Assembly: GCA_024742575.1 (NCBI GenBank)
Contig: JANSYF010000002.1
Coordinates: forward strand, 17,352-81,351
Origin: Paracoccaceae bacterium
GTDB lineage: Bacteria > Pseudomonadota > Alphaproteobacteria > Rhodobacterales > Rhodobacteraceae
Direction: 5' to 3'
DNA length: 64,000 nt
Of the stretch, positions 47,950 to 59,039 are shown one piece after another (position 1 is the first letter of the stretch; the number at the start of each line of letters is the position of its first letter). The notes beneath the pieces were generated by a model. The model was not told the DNA's origin. It worked only from the letters and a program-made list of their open reading frames with translations, and ran no database searches. Both the position numbers and the translations under genes were made by a program.

Positions 47950-48467
47950 GGAAGAACCTCGACCGCCATGCGCCCGCGACTGCTCTCAATCGAGCGCAGC
48001 GCAAGCGCTTCACCCGGTAGCAAATCTGAAAGGCCTGAACGGCGCAAGACCTCGACGTGGATAAAAATGTCTTCAGAGCGACCAAAGACATTGGCAAAGC
48101 CAAATCCCTTCGCTTTGTCGAACCATTTAACACGCGCAGGTTCCAAGGGGGCCGAAGCGATCTCTTCTGCGGTGACACCACTGAAATCTTCCAGCGGGGC
48201 AAAGCTTGATTCCACTGGAGGCGTGATTTTCAGGACTTCAATTGCCTGAAGGCCCCGATTGGTGGTTTGAACAACCACCTCGATACGGGCTCCATCTGCG
48301 ACAGACCCCTGTCCATAGTTACGAAGTACATTTGCATGCAGCAGGATATCGGGTCCACCCTCATCGGAGACTAGAAAACCGAAACCTTTGGCTGGGTCAA
48401 ACCACTTCACGTGACCGGCAATACGCGAGTCAGGTTGTTGTGACTGTTCCAAGATTTTTTCCAACAT
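47928..48467 (-). CDS. Double cold-shock-domain protein
   Basis: Two KWFD.AKGFGF RNP1 motifs; start approximate. Confidence 0.88.
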   Translation of the reverse strand: MLEKILEQSQQPDSRIAGHVKWFDPAKGFGFLVSDEGGPDILLHANVLRNYGQGSVADGARIEVVVQTTNRGLQAIEVLKITPPVESSFAPLEDFSGVTAEEIASAPLEPARVKWFDKAKGFGFANVFGRSEDIFIHVEVLRRSGLSDLLPGEALALRSIESSRGRMAVEVLPWESGLS

Positions 48468-48560
48468 AAAATTCCCACCACGGGTGCGGCGCCCCAACCT
48501 CGGGGGAAGTATAAGAAAGATAGTGCGGATTTCACCCCCACAATTCACGTGACGTGAATG

Positions 48561-49166
48561 TCAAGGATTTAACCGGCTGATTTCCCACGTTATTTTTTCG
48601 CCACGCTTCACCCAACGGAACCGATCATGCAGCCTAAAGGCCCCATCAGCCCAGAATTCAATCTCGGTTGGGTGGATACGAAAGCCCCCCCAGAAGGGAG
48701 GCCGCGACGGATTCGGACCCAGCTTTGCGGTTAGTTTGGCGACCTCGGCCATCAATTCCGTGCGCGATCCCAACGGCTTGGATTGCTGCGACGCCCACGC
48801 CCCAAGCCGGCTCTTTAGAGACCGGGACGCATAATAAGCATCCGCCTTCTCACCTTCCTCGCGCACGACAGTTCCGCGAACCCGGATCTGTCGATGCAGC
48901 GATTTCCAATGCAGCACGAATGCCGCCTTTCCAGCAGCTTCGATCTCTTGCCCTTTGCGGCTTTCATAGTTCGTGTAGAAAACGAAGGCATCCGCTTCGA
49001 TTTCTTTCAGCAGGACCATCCGAACGTTGGGCATGCCATCGGTATCGACCGTCGACAGTGCTATGGCGTTCGGATCATTGATCTCCGAGGCTTCCGCCTC
49101 GGCAAGCCAACGGCGTGCGATCTCAAAAGGATCATCACCCGCAAAGATTCCCGTTCGATCACTCAT
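48561..49166 (-). CDS. pdxH: Pyridoxamine 5'-phosphate oxidase
   Basis: [28 protein letters not shown]...FRLHDR. Confidence 0.95.
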   Translation of the reverse strand: MSDRTGIFAGDDPFEIARRWLAEAEASEINDPNAIALSTVDTDGMPNVRMVLLKEIEADAFVFYTNYESRKGQEIEAAGKAAFVLHWKSLHRQIRVRGTVVREEGEKADAYYASRSLKSRLGAWASQQSKPLGSRTELMAEVAKLTAKLGPNPSRPPFWGGFRIHPTEIEFWADGAFRLHDRFRWVKRGEKITWEISRLNP

Positions 49167-49333
49167 CGCAACCTCCAATTGAAAGCGGCGCGTATATGAA
49201 ACTGCCAAGGCTTGTCCACAGCAGATTCGTATCAACACAAACCCAGTGGCAAAGTCCCGCCATTCACAGCCTTGCCGGACAGTCATCCATCGCCTAAACG
49301 AATGATACATCGAATTATAAAAGGCGTGGCACC

Positions 49334-50140
49334 ATGAAAAGCGAAATTATGGCCGGAAAGCGCGGGCTTATCATGGGCCTTGCCAACGACAAATCCATTG
49401 CATGGGGCATCGCGCGGGCGCTTGGTGACGCCGGAGCGCAACTGGCCTTTTCGTATCAGGGCGACGCGCTGAAAAAACGCGTCGATCCGCTGGCAGCACA
49501 ACTTGGGTCAAATATCGTCCTTCCGTGCGATGTCAGCGATGGTGAATCGATAGATTCGCTGTTCGACAGCCTCAAGGAACACTGGGACAGCCTAGACTTC
49601 GTCGTGCATGCCATTGGCTTTTCGGACAAGAATGAATTGCGCGGGCGCTATGTCGACACAAGTCGTGACAATTTCATGATGACGATGGACATCTCGGTCT
49701 ATTCCTTCACCGCCGTTATGCAGCGTGCGGAAAAGATGATGACCAATGGCGGCGCGGCTTTGACCATGACCTATTATGGTGCCGAACGGATTATGCCGCA
49801 TTACAATGTAATGGGTGTGGCCAAGGCGGCCCTTGAATCATCGGTCCGCTACCTTGCCGAAGACCTTGGCAAAGACGGCATCCGCGTCAACGCCATCAGC
49901 GCTGGCCCAATCAAGACGCTGGCCGCCTCCGGCATCGGCGATTTCCGCTACATCATGAAGTGGAATGAATACAACTCGCCCCTGCGCCGCAACGTGACGA
50001 TCGATGATGTGGGCAAATCGGCACTTTACCTGTTGTCCGACCTCGGCTCTGGTGTGACAGGCGAAACCCACCACGTCGATGCAGGCTATCACGTGGTCGG
50101 CATGAAGGCAGTTGATGCGCCAGACATGAGTAAGGAATAA
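49334..50140 (+). CDS. fabI: Enoyl-ACP reductase
   Basis: [36 protein letters not shown]. Confidence 0.95.
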   Translation: MKSEIMAGKRGLIMGLANDKSIAWGIARALGDAGAQLAFSYQGDALKKRVDPLAAQLGSNIVLPCDVSDGESIDSLFDSLKEHWDSLDFVVHAIGFSDKNELRGRYVDTSRDNFMMTMDISVYSFTAVMQRAEKMMTNGGAALTMTYYGAERIMPHYNVMGVAKAALESSVRYLAEDLGKDGIRVNAISAGPIKTLAASGIGDFRYIMKWNEYNSPLRRNVTIDDVGKSALYLLSDLGSGVTGETHHVDAGYHVVGMKAVDAPDMSKE

Positions 50141-50146
50141 CCACAG

Positions 50147-50749
50147 GTGACCACGGCGCAGTTCATCGCGTTCAACCTGACCCTGCTGGCAGCAATGGCG
50201 GCACCAGGTCCCGCATTGCTTTACGCGCTGCGACAGTCCGTTGCTGGCGGGTTCTGGGCCGGCGTCGCAACCGGCGCCGGACTTGGCTTGATGGCAGCAC
50301 TCTGGACCGGGGCGGCGCTGCTCGGCCTCAATGCCGTGTTCGCGCTGGTGCCTTGGGCCTATATCGCTCTCAAAACAGCAGGTGCACTGTATCTCATCTG
50401 GATCGCCATCCAACTCTGGCGCAGCGCCAACCAACCTGTCTCAGACAGCGCTCATCCCGGCGCGCGCGCCTTTTTGGGTGGGCTTCTCGTTAACCTCGCC
50501 AATCCGAAATCCGTCCTCTTTGCCGGGGCCGTGCTGGTGGTGATCTTTCCGCCCGATCTCAGCCTTGGCGCAAAGGCGCTAATCGTCGCCAATCACTTCA
50601 TCGTCGAACTTGTTGTCTACACCCTCTTCGCCGCCTGCCTGTCCAGCGCCCCTGCCCGCGCTGGCTACCTGCGGCTGAAACCGATCATCGATCGCACCGC
50701 TGCCGTCATCCTTGGCGCACTTGGCCTGCGCCTGCTATTCGGCCGCTGA
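50147..50749 (+). CDS. LysE/RhtB family translocator
   Basis: PGPA, LKTAGALYLIW, NLANPK. Confidence 0.88.
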   Translation: MTTAQFIAFNLTLLAAMAAPGPALLYALRQSVAGGFWAGVATGAGLGLMAALWTGAALLGLNAVFALVPWAYIALKTAGALYLIWIAIQLWRSANQPVSDSAHPGARAFLGGLLVNLANPKSVLFAGAVLVVIFPPDLSLGAKALIVANHFIVELVVYTLFAACLSSAPARAGYLRLKPIIDRTAAVILGALGLRLLFGR

Positions 50750-50767
50750 TCCATAAAGGAGCCCCCC

Positions 50768-51271
50768 ATGACCGATCGCCTGCCACACGAAAAAGGATTC
50801 CACGTCAGTTGGGATCAATTGCACCGCGATGCCCGTGCCTTGGCATGGCGGCTTCAGGGCGAAGGCCCAGACGAAGGCGGCTGGCGCGCGGTTGTCGCCA
50901 TCACCCGCGGCGGGATGGCTCCTGCGATGATCGTGGCTCGTGAACTGGACATTCGCATGGTCGATACAATCAGCGTCAAGAGCTATAACCACCAATCCCA
51001 ATCTGAACCCAAGGTCATCAAGTCACCTGACATGAGCGTCGTCGGCGACGGCACAGGCGTTCTGGTAGTGGATGATCTGGTCGACACCGGAAAAACGCTG
51101 GAAGTGGTGCGTAAACACATGCCCAAAGCCCATATTGCAACCGTATACGCCAAACCGATGGGCCGCCCACAGGTTAATACCTTCATCACCGAAGTGAGCC
51201 AGGATACATGGATCTTCTTCCCATGGGACATGGCGCTGCAATATGTCGAACCCTATCGCGGCACCGACTGA
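50768..51271 (+). CDS. gpt: Xanthine-guanine phosphoribosyltransferase
   Basis: [41 protein letters not shown]. Confidence 0.93.
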   Translation: MTDRLPHEKGFHVSWDQLHRDARALAWRLQGEGPDEGGWRAVVAITRGGMAPAMIVARELDIRMVDTISVKSYNHQSQSEPKVIKSPDMSVVGDGTGVLVVDDLVDTGKTLEVVRKHMPKAHIATVYAKPMGRPQVNTFITEVSQDTWIFFPWDMALQYVEPYRGTD

Positions 51272-51274
51272 CCG

Positions 51275-51340
51275 GGCTTCTCTGGTTCGAAAAGACTTCG
51301 GGGGAGTCCGCCAAAAGCGGACGGGGGCAGAGCCCCTAAA
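51275..51340 (+). repeat. REP-like intergenic element, copy 3
   Basis: GGCTTCTCTGG..AAAGACTTCGGGGGA-GTCCGC caaaa GCGGAC-GGGGGCAGAGCCCCT. Confidence 0.7.
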
Positions 51341-51385
51341 CCAAAAATACAGCGCGCCGCAGGCGCACAATGTGGAAAGATCGGT

Positions 51386-52582
51386 ATGACGTCACGCACC
51401 CAGACCACATTCGCCCCACCGGTGATGGAGGCTCGCCGCTGGCTCGACGGGGTGACGTTCCCCGACAATCAGCCGCTCATCAATGTCAGCCAGGCCGCGC
51501 CGGTTGAACCGCCACCCGCCCCGCTGCGCGCCGCCATGGCCGAAGCGTTGGAACTGCCCGAGACTCATCTCTACGGGCCGGTGCTGGGTTTGCCCGCCTT
51601 GCGCCATGAACTGGCCGCCCAATGGTCAGCACATTACCACGGCACAGCACACCCCGATCAAATTGCGATCACCTCCGGCTGCAATCAGGCTTTTGCCGCA
51701 ACGATCTCGGCGCTGTGCACCGAAGGGGATGAAGTCATCCTGCCAACCCCCTGGTATTTCAACCATAAAATGTGGCTGGACATGTCGGGTGTCTCCGCTG
51801 TGGCATTGCCCACCGGACCCGATCTGATCCCTGATGCCGAAGCTGCCCGCGCCCTGATCACCGAAAAAACCCGTGCCATCGCGTTGGTGACCCCGAACAA
51901 TCCCGGCGGGGTTGAATATCCCACCGAAACCCTGAGCGCGTTCTTCACGCTTGCCCGCGAGACCGGGATCAAGCTGATCGTCGACGAAACCTATCGCGAT
52001 TTCGACAGCCGCGCAAACCCGCCGCACAACCTGTTGTCTGATCCCAAATGGGGCGACACGCTGATCCAGCTCTACTCCTTTTCCAAAGCCTACCGTCTCA
52101 CCGGCCACCGCGTCGGCGCGATCATCGCCACCCCAGCGCTATTGGCCGAAGTCGAGAAATTCCTCGACTCTGTTGCCATCTGCCCGTCGCAGCTTGGCCA
52201 ACGCGCCGCCCTTTGGGGGCTGCAAAACCTCGGCGATTGGCTCGCAGGCGAACGTGATGAAATCCTCGACCGCCGTGCGGCGATTCACGACCACATGCCG
52301 CTGATTGCAGTCAAAGGTTGGCGTCTCATGGGCTGTGGCGCGTATTTTGCCTATCTCGAACATCCCTTTGCCGACAGCAGTGCCACGCTGGCCCCGAAAC
52401 TGGTGCAAGAAGTTGGCGTGCTTGCCCTGCCCGGTACGATGTTCACGCCCGACACTGACCCCAGCGGCGCACGCCAATTCCGCGTTGCCTTTGCCAATGT
52501 CGACCGGGCCGAGATCGAGACGTTGTTCACTCGGCTGGCCAGCCTCGACTGGCCCCTTGCGACCCCTGTCCCCGCCGCGTAG
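51386..52582 (+). CDS. PLP-dependent class I/II aminotransferase
   Basis: VTPNNP.G, DETY, SFSKAY.LTG.RVG. Confidence 0.9.
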   Translation: MTSRTQTTFAPPVMEARRWLDGVTFPDNQPLINVSQAAPVEPPPAPLRAAMAEALELPETHLYGPVLGLPALRHELAAQWSAHYHGTAHPDQIAITSGCNQAFAATISALCTEGDEVILPTPWYFNHKMWLDMSGVSAVALPTGPDLIPDAEAARALITEKTRAIALVTPNNPGGVEYPTETLSAFFTLARETGIKLIVDETYRDFDSRANPPHNLLSDPKWGDTLIQLYSFSKAYRLTGHRVGAIIATPALLAEVEKFLDSVAICPSQLGQRAALWGLQNLGDWLAGERDEILDRRAAIHDHMPLIAVKGWRLMGCGAYFAYLEHPFADSSATLAPKLVQEVGVLALPGTMFTPDTDPSGARQFRVAFANVDRAEIETLFTRLASLDWPLATPVPAA

Positions 52583-52624
52583 ACACGTCGCACGAAATCA
52601 CACCTAAGCAAGGGGCAAACCTGC

Positions 52625-54469
52625 ATGGCCATGGGCAAAGGCAAGCTGTCGAAGACCTTCATCTGGATTCTGATGGGACTTCTCATCGTCGGCCTCGCAG
52701 GCTTTGGCGCAACCAGCCTGTCCGGCTCGGCACGCAGCGTGGCCACCGTTGGCGAAAAGGAAGTGTCCACCGACGCTTACCTGCGCAGCCTGCGGACCGA
52801 AATTAACGCCTTTGCCGCCCAAGCCGGTCGCGCCGTTCCGATGTCCGAAGCGCAGATGCTGGGCATCGACCGCCAGGTGCTTGCCCAACTGGTCACCGCC
52901 CGCGGCCTTGACAACGAGGCGGCCCGCATCGGCATGTCCGTGGGCGACGAGGTGGTCGCAGATCAATTGCTGCAAATCCCGTCCTTCCAAAGCGCCGATG
53001 GCAGTTTCAACCGCGAAGCCTACAGTTTCGCCCTGCGCAATCAGGGCCTGTCTGAATCCGAGTTTGAAGAGCAATTGCGCGACGACACCTCGCGCACGAT
53101 CCTGCAAAGCGCGCTGATCGCAGGCAACACCCTGCCCGACACCTATATTGACACGCTATTGTCCTATACCGGCGAAACCCGCGATTTCACGTGGGCCCGC
53201 CTGACCGGATCGAACCTGCAAACCGGCCTACCCGAGCCGTCAGACGCCGATCTGCAAGCCTATTACGACGACAACGTTGCCAACTACACCCTGCCCGAAC
53301 TGCGTGACATCACCTATGCGTGGATCACACCCGAGATGATCGTCGATACAGTCGAAGTCGACGAAGATTCCCTCCGCGCCTCTTATGATGAACGGTTCGA
53401 TGAATTTAACCTGCCCGAACGACGCCTCGTCGAACGTCTTGTCTTCAGCACCGAAGACGCCGCGTCCGAGGCGCTGAACCGTCTTGGCGACGATTTCACC
53501 TTCGAAGATCTCGTTGCGGAACGTGGTCTCGCGCTGTCGGATATCGACTTGGGCGATGTAACGCGCGACACGCTGGAAGGTGCTGCAGAGGGCGTCTTTT
53601 CTTCGGAAACCGGCGACGTGGTAGGCCCGCTGCCCTCTACTCTCGGCCCGGCGCTCTTTCGCATTAACGCGGTACTTGACGCACAATCCACCTCGTTCGA
53701 TGACGCACGCCCCGATTTGCGCGGCGAACTCGCTCTCGATCGTGCGCGACGTGTAATCGAAACACTGGCACAAACCATCGACGACGAACTCGCGGCTGGC
53801 GCAACGCTCGAAGAAGTCGCCGACACCACAGAAGCACAATTAGGCCAGATCGAATGGTTCCCCGGAGCTGACGGCGAAATTGCTGCTTATGACGCGTTCC
53901 GCGAAGCCGCCAACGCCCTGAACGAAGGCGACTTCCCCGAAGTGCTCCAGCTTGGCGATGGCGGTGTTTTCGCCATGCGGCTAAACCGCATTCAGCCGCC
54001 AGCACCACAACCCATCGAAGACGTGATCGATCAGGTTCGTCAGGGCTGGGACACGCGCGAACAGACCGCACAGTTGATGGCACAGGCCGAAGAACTAGCC
54101 GCGTCATTGGCGACAGGCAGCAGCTTCCAAGACCTAAACCTTTTGCCGCAATCGGAAAACGGGCTGGGCCGCAACGCGCAGATCGCAGATCTTCCGGTTG
54201 GCCTTTTGACCGCTGTTTTCGAAATGAGAGTGGGAGACACCCGCGCGGTCGCTGGCATCGGTGAGGTAATCGTGCTGAAGCTTGACGCGATCACGCCGGT
54301 CGATCGCAGTGATGGCGACATCGAAATGCTGGCACAGGCCCTACGCAATCAGGCCTCCAACAGCATTGCCGAAGATCTTTTCCGCGCTTTTGCCACTGAC
54401 GTGCAGCAGCGCGCCGGGGTCGAAATCAATCAACCCGCGATCAACGCGGTCCACGCCTTTATCCAGTAA
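52625..54469 (+). CDS. ppiD: PpiD/SurA-like membrane-anchored periplasmic chaperone/rotamase
   Basis: N-terminal TM, SurA_N-like region, degenerate parvulin (DLG..GDVVGP); upstream of trpE. Confidence 0.75.
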   Translation: MAMGKGKLSKTFIWILMGLLIVGLAGFGATSLSGSARSVATVGEKEVSTDAYLRSLRTEINAFAAQAGRAVPMSEAQMLGIDRQVLAQLVTARGLDNEAARIGMSVGDEVVADQLLQIPSFQSADGSFNREAYSFALRNQGLSESEFEEQLRDDTSRTILQSALIAGNTLPDTYIDTLLSYTGETRDFTWARLTGSNLQTGLPEPSDADLQAYYDDNVANYTLPELRDITYAWITPEMIVDTVEVDEDSLRASYDERFDEFNLPERRLVERLVFSTEDAASEALNRLGDDFTFEDLVAERGLALSDIDLGDVTRDTLEGAAEGVFSSETGDVVGPLPSTLGPALFRINAVLDAQSTSFDDARPDLRGELALDRARRVIETLAQTIDDELAAGATLEEVADTTEAQLGQIEWFPGADGEIAAYDAFREAANALNEGDFPEVLQLGDGGVFAMRLNRIQPPAPQPIEDVIDQVRQGWDTREQTAQLMAQAEELAASLATGSSFQDLNLLPQSENGLGRNAQIADLPVGLLTAVFEMRVGDTRAVAGIGEVIVLKLDAITPVDRSDGDIEMLAQALRNQASNSIAEDLFRAFATDVQQRAGVEINQPAINAVHAFIQ

Positions 54470-54474
54470 GACAG

Positions 54475-55989
54475 ATGGCCACACTGACCCCCGATTTCGA
54501 CAGTTTCGCCCGCGCCTTTGAGGCAGGTGAAAACCAAATCGTCTATGCCCGGCTCGCCGCCGATCTCGACACGCCGGTGTCGCTGATGCTCAAACTCACC
54601 GGGGCCGCCAAGGACGCATTCGTTCTGGAAAGCGTCACCGGCGGAGAGGTGCGTGGGCGATACTCAATCATCGGCATGAAGCCCGATGTGGTCTGGCAGT
54701 GCCGCGGCACTCAAAGCAGCATCAACCGCGCCGCGCGTTACGACCCAGACGCGTTCGAACCACAAGACGGTGACCCGCTAACCACGCTTCGTGCGCTGAT
54801 CGCGGAGTCCAAGATCGCCTTGCCGGATGATCTGCCACAAGCTGCAGCGGGCCTATTCGGCTATCTCGGCTATGACATGATCCGGCTGGTGGAACACTTG
54901 CCAAACATCAACCCCGACCCTCTGGGCCTGCCCGATGCAGTCATGCTCCGTCCGTCTGTGGTCGCAGTTCTGGACGGCGTCAAAGGTGAAGTTACAGTCG
55001 TCTCCCCGGCTTGGGTCAATGACGGACTCACCGCTCGTGCCGCTTACGCGCAGGCCGCTGAACGGGTGATGGACGCTGTGCGCGACCTCGAACGCGCCCT
55101 ACCACAACAGGCACGCGAAATGGGCGACGCCGCAGACATTCCGGCACCCGTGTCAAACTTCACCCATGAGGGTTACAAACAAGCGGTCGAAAAGGCCAAA
55201 GACTACATCCGCGCAGGTGACATCTTTCAGGTGGTCCCGGCACAGCGCTGGACGCAGGACTTCCCGCTGCCGCCCTTCGCGCTGTACCGTTCGCTGCGCC
55301 GCACGAACCCATCGCCCTTCATGTTCTATTTCAACTTCGGTGGGTTTCAGGTCATTGGGGCAAGCCCTGAAATTCTTGTCCGCGTCTTCGGCGACGAAGT
55401 TACGATCCGGCCCATCGCCGGCACACGCCCTCGTGGCGCAACACCCACCGAGGACGATGCGCTCGAAGCCGATCTGCTGGCCGACGCCAAAGAATGTGCC
55501 GAACACCTGATGCTGCTGGATCTGGGACGCAACGATGTAGGTCGCGTTGCAAAAATCGGAACCGTCCACCCGACCGAGAAATTCATCATCGAACGCTACA
55601 GCCATGTGATGCACATCGTATCCAATGTGGTGGGCGAACTCAGCCCTGAACACGACGCGCTTTCGGCACTGCTGGCGGGACTGCCCGCAGGCACAGTGTC
55701 CGGTGCGCCCAAGGTGCGCGCGATGGAGATCATCGACGAATTGGAACCGGAAAAACGCGGCATCTATGGCGGCGGCGTCGGCTATTTCAGCGCGGGTGGC
55801 GACATGGACATGTGTATCGCACTGCGCACCGCGTTGGTTAAGGACAAGAAGCTCTACATTCAGGCTGGCGGCGGCGTTGTATACGACAGCGACCCCGAAT
55901 CCGAATATCAGGAAACTGTCCACAAATCGAACGCCATCCGCCGCGCCGCAGCCGACGCCGCGCGATTTACGGGAAACGGCAATCTTTAA
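54475..55989 (+). CDS. trpE: Anthranilate synthase component I
   Basis: LESV.GG..RGRYS, AGDIFQVV, NPSP, ASPE, PIAGT, AEHLML.DLGRND, GTVSGAPK. Confidence 0.95.
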   Translation: MATLTPDFDSFARAFEAGENQIVYARLAADLDTPVSLMLKLTGAAKDAFVLESVTGGEVRGRYSIIGMKPDVVWQCRGTQSSINRAARYDPDAFEPQDGDPLTTLRALIAESKIALPDDLPQAAAGLFGYLGYDMIRLVEHLPNINPDPLGLPDAVMLRPSVVAVLDGVKGEVTVVSPAWVNDGLTARAAYAQAAERVMDAVRDLERALPQQAREMGDAADIPAPVSNFTHEGYKQAVEKAKDYIRAGDIFQVVPAQRWTQDFPLPPFALYRSLRRTNPSPFMFYFNFGGFQVIGASPEILVRVFGDEVTIRPIAGTRPRGATPTEDDALEADLLADAKECAEHLMLLDLGRNDVGRVAKIGTVHPTEKFIIERYSHVMHIVSNVVGELSPEHDALSALLAGLPAGTVSGAPKVRAMEIIDELEPEKRGIYGGGVGYFSAGGDMDMCIALRTALVKDKKLYIQAGGGVVYDSDPESEYQETVHKSNAIRRAAADAARFTGNGNL

Positions 55990-56004
55990 GCAAAGGTCGC
56001 GCTG

Positions 56005-56070
56005 CGGTTTCTTTGGGCACCAGGTACCTTGGGGGAATCCGCCCGCGATGGATGGGGCCAGCGCCCCCAA
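56005..56070 (+). repeat. REP-like intergenic element, copy 4
   Basis: CGGTTTCTTTGGGCACCAGGTACCTTGGGGGAATCC..GGATGGGGCCAGCGCCCCCAA. Confidence 0.7.
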
Positions 56071-56128
56071 TTGGCTTTCTGACCCGAAGGGTCGAAACGC
56101 TAAAATCTGAATGCCGCAGGCATCCTAG

Positions 56129-56542
56129 TTAACTTGAAGAAACCTGTGCAAATCCCTGCAAGCGTTCGATCATTGCCCGTAGGCCATTTGATCTTTGTGC
56201 AGACAGATGATCGTTCAATCCCAACCGCCCAAGCTCTGCACGCGCGTCAATGCCAGCCACGTCTGCGGGCGGCAATCCATTGTAAAGTTTACGCAGCACA
56301 GCAATCAGCCCATTGACGATCATCGCATCCGACTCACCCTCGAATTGCACCACACCGCCTTCGACCTGCGGATGCAACCAGACTTGGCTTGCACAGCCAT
56401 CAACCTTGGTGGCCGGCACTTTCAATGCGTCGGGCAAAGGCTCCATCGCCTTGCCAAGTTCGATCACCATTCGATAGCGGTCTTCCCAATCGTCCAGAAA
56501 TTCGAAATCTTCGACAATCTCTTCAAAAGCGGCGCTCGCCAT
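56129..56542 (-). CDS. sufE: SufE-family Fe-S sulfur acceptor
   Basis: DWEDRY..IELG, V.GCASQVW, SDA.IV.GL, LS.QRSNGL. Confidence 0.9.
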   Translation of the reverse strand: MASAAFEEIVEDFEFLDDWEDRYRMVIELGKAMEPLPDALKVPATKVDGCASQVWLHPQVEGGVVQFEGESDAMIVNGLIAVLRKLYNGLPPADVAGIDARAELGRLGLNDHLSAQRSNGLRAMIERLQGFAQVSSS

Positions 56543-56676
56543 GGCGGTCTCCGGATGCGTTTATGTGTTCCCCGAACACCTAGGCAGCGACAGCGCAAAG
56601 GTCCAGCCCGGGCTTGATGCTTTTCAACTGCGCCGCAATCGGTTACGTCGAAGACAGACAGGCAAAGGGACCGACC

Positions 56677-57192
56677 ATGCGCAAACCCGTGACGCTCTTG
56701 ATCCTTGCAACCGTGATGTTGACGGGCTGCGCCACCATAAGCGAGTCGCGTTTGAACCCGCTCAACTGGTTCGGATCAAGCGAACCCGATCCAGCCGCAC
56801 TTGATGTGGCCAATGCCGAAGTAAATCCGCTGATCCCGCGCCGACGCGTGTCTTTCTTTATCAATAACCAACCCGAGGCTTTTGCCGGACGTCCGATTGC
56901 CGAAATTGCCGAGTTGCTGGTCGAGCGGCGCCCCGGCGGGGCCATCATCCGTGCCACCGGGCAAGCCAATCGCGTCGGACCATTCGATGTGCGCCTGATC
57001 GCCGACGAAGTCGCAAGTAAAGATGGGACGCTGGTTTTCGACCTCAAAGCGCTGCAACAGGCCGGAGCGCGAAATACCGGCCCGCGGGCCCGTCAGGTCA
57101 CTGTAGGGAGGTGGATCACAGATCAGGATCTGAGTGGCATTCGCACGATCACAGTTCGTGGCGCAAACAATGCGCGAACCGTACGCCGCTAA
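56677..57192 (+). CDS. Hypothetical lipoprotein
   Basis: Lipobox LTGC followed by SRLNPLNWFG. Confidence 0.7.
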   Translation: MRKPVTLLILATVMLTGCATISESRLNPLNWFGSSEPDPAALDVANAEVNPLIPRRRVSFFINNQPEAFAGRPIAEIAELLVERRPGGAIIRATGQANRVGPFDVRLIADEVASKDGTLVFDLKALQQAGARNTGPRARQVTVGRWITDQDLSGIRTITVRGANNARTVRR

Positions 57193-57195
57193 GGC

Positions 57196-58353
57196 TTACA
57201 ATTCGATGATCTGAACCTGTTTGCCCTTCGCGGCAAGCCCGACACGCCCGTCACACAGGCGCAACGCGTCGTCACCGAAAACTTCGCGCCGCCATCCCTG
57301 TAGTGCTGGAACGTCGCGTTCCCCAGATGCCAAAGCATCCAGTTCTGCCGATGTTGCGATCAGCTTGGATGCAACACCCGATGCCTCGGTTTTGGCCTTT
57401 AGCAACACCCGAAGCAGATCCGCCAGCGCCGGGTTCACCTGTGGCGATGGGCGCGCCGTATCAAACGCGGGCAATTGTTCTTTGGGCATGCTTTGTGCGC
57501 GGTGCACGGCCTCAAGGATACCATTGGCAATCTCACCTTTACGGGCCTCTCGCAAAAGCAACCGCGAACGGCCAAGGTCTGCCATGTCCTTGGGTTTCGT
57601 CGACGCCAGTTCAACCAATGCATCGTCTTTGAACACGCGGCTGCGCGGCACGTTGCGCTCTTGCGCATAGCTTTCGCGGAACTGCGCCAATTCTTTGACT
57701 AGGGCCAAAAAGCGCGGCGCGTTGGATCGGGTCTTGACCCGCATCCACGCATCTTCGGGACGGGTGACGTAGGTCTCGGGGGCCAGAAGTGTTGCGATTT
57801 CCTCGGCGACCCAACGGTCGCGCCCAGTCTCGGCCAGCTTCTTGCGCAGGAACTCATAAATCACACGCAGATGGGTTACATCTGCCAACGCATAAGCCGT
57901 CTGGTTGTCCGACAAAGGCCTCCGCGACCAGTCGGTAAACCGCGAGGATTTATCGAGCGCCTGCTTGGCGATCTTGCGCACTAGCGTCTCATAGCCCACC
58001 TGCTCCCCGAACCCGGCAACCATCGCGGCAACCTGACTGTCGAACAGCGGTTCGGGAATGACACCGTGGTCGATATAGAAGATTTCAAGATCCTGTCGCG
58101 CGGCATGGAAAACCTTGACCACGTCACGGTTGCGGAACAACTCCAGCAACGGCTCCAGCGAAAGCCCCTCGACCAGTGGGTCCACCAGAACCGCATCGGT
58201 CTTGCCGTCGCCCCGATAGGCCAACTGGATCAAACACAGCTTGGAATAATAGGTTCGTTCGCGCAGGAATTCAGTGTCGACGGTGACATAAGATGTTTGC
58301 GCAGCGCGCTCGCAAAAAGCGGCAAGGTCGGACGTGGTCGTGATGATGTGCAT
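57196..58353 (-). CDS. rnd: Ribonuclease D
   Basis: VDTEFLRERTY, FHAARQD, DSQVAA, DWSRRPL, YALADV; HRDC. Confidence 0.95.
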   Translation of the reverse strand: MHIITTTSDLAAFCERAAQTSYVTVDTEFLRERTYYSKLCLIQLAYRGDGKTDAVLVDPLVEGLSLEPLLELFRNRDVVKVFHAARQDLEIFYIDHGVIPEPLFDSQVAAMVAGFGEQVGYETLVRKIAKQALDKSSRFTDWSRRPLSDNQTAYALADVTHLRVIYEFLRKKLAETGRDRWVAEEIATLLAPETYVTRPEDAWMRVKTRSNAPRFLALVKELAQFRESYAQERNVPRSRVFKDDALVELASTKPKDMADLGRSRLLLREARKGEIANGILEAVHRAQSMPKEQLPAFDTARPSPQVNPALADLLRVLLKAKTEASGVASKLIATSAELDALASGERDVPALQGWRREVFGDDALRLCDGRVGLAAKGKQVQIIEL

Positions 58354-58445
58354 AATTCGGGTCGTTCGTTATTATTGTTCTATCGGCACCCCACGACGCG
58401 TATAGCTGAAAACCTGCGCTTTGCCTAGCGCCGGAGCCGCTGTCG

Positions 58446-59039
58446 TCAGGGCAGGTCAATCCGGGTTGTCACACCGCCAGCAAAACGGCGTAGAATGAGC
58501 GGGTAAAGTATATGTTCCTGCACCAAAACCTTGGCGGCAAGCGTGTCTGCTGTGTCCTCTGATGCGATTGGTACGCGCACCTGCCCCAAGACCTGCCCAC
58601 CATCCAATTCTGCGGTCACTTGGTGGACGGAACAGCCAGCTTCGGTGTCGCCTGCATCAATAGCGCGCTGATGGGTGTGCAGACCTTTGTATTTCGGCAA
58701 AAGCGACGGGTGAATGTTAAGCATCTTGCCCTGCCAGCGTGTCACGAACCCTTCGGTCAGCACCCGCATGAACCCGGCAAGGCAAATGATATCGGGCCGC
58801 GCCTGATCCAGAACGTGGTTCAGTGCGCTTTCAAAAGCCGGACGGTCAGACCCAAATGGTCGATGATCCACCACTGCAGTTTGAATGCCACATGCCTTTG
58901 CCTTTTCCAGCCCACCCGCATCTTTGCGATTTGACAGAACCAGCACGGGTCGCGCCGGATGATCACCGGTCATGTCATCGACCAGCGACACCATATTGGA
59001 GCCGCCGCCAGAGATCAGAATCGCAACCCGTTTGGTCAA
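58446..59039 (-). CDS. purN: Phosphoribosylglycinamide formyltransferase
   Basis: [22 protein letters not shown]. Confidence 0.95.
   Translation of the reverse strand: MTKRVAILISGGGSNMVSLVDDMTGDHPARPVLVLSNRKDAGGLEKAKACGIQTAVVDHRPFGSDRPAFESALNHVLDQARPDIICLAGFMRVLTEGFVTRWQGKMLNIHPSLLPKYKGLHTHQRAIDAGDTEAGCSVHQVTAELDGGQVLGQVRVPIASEDTADTLAAKVLVQEHILYPLILRRFAGGVTTRIDLP

Noticed and set aside
35254-56070. CRISPR interpretation of the repeats
   Set aside because: Copies are dispersed, degenerate and lack spacers; no cas genes.
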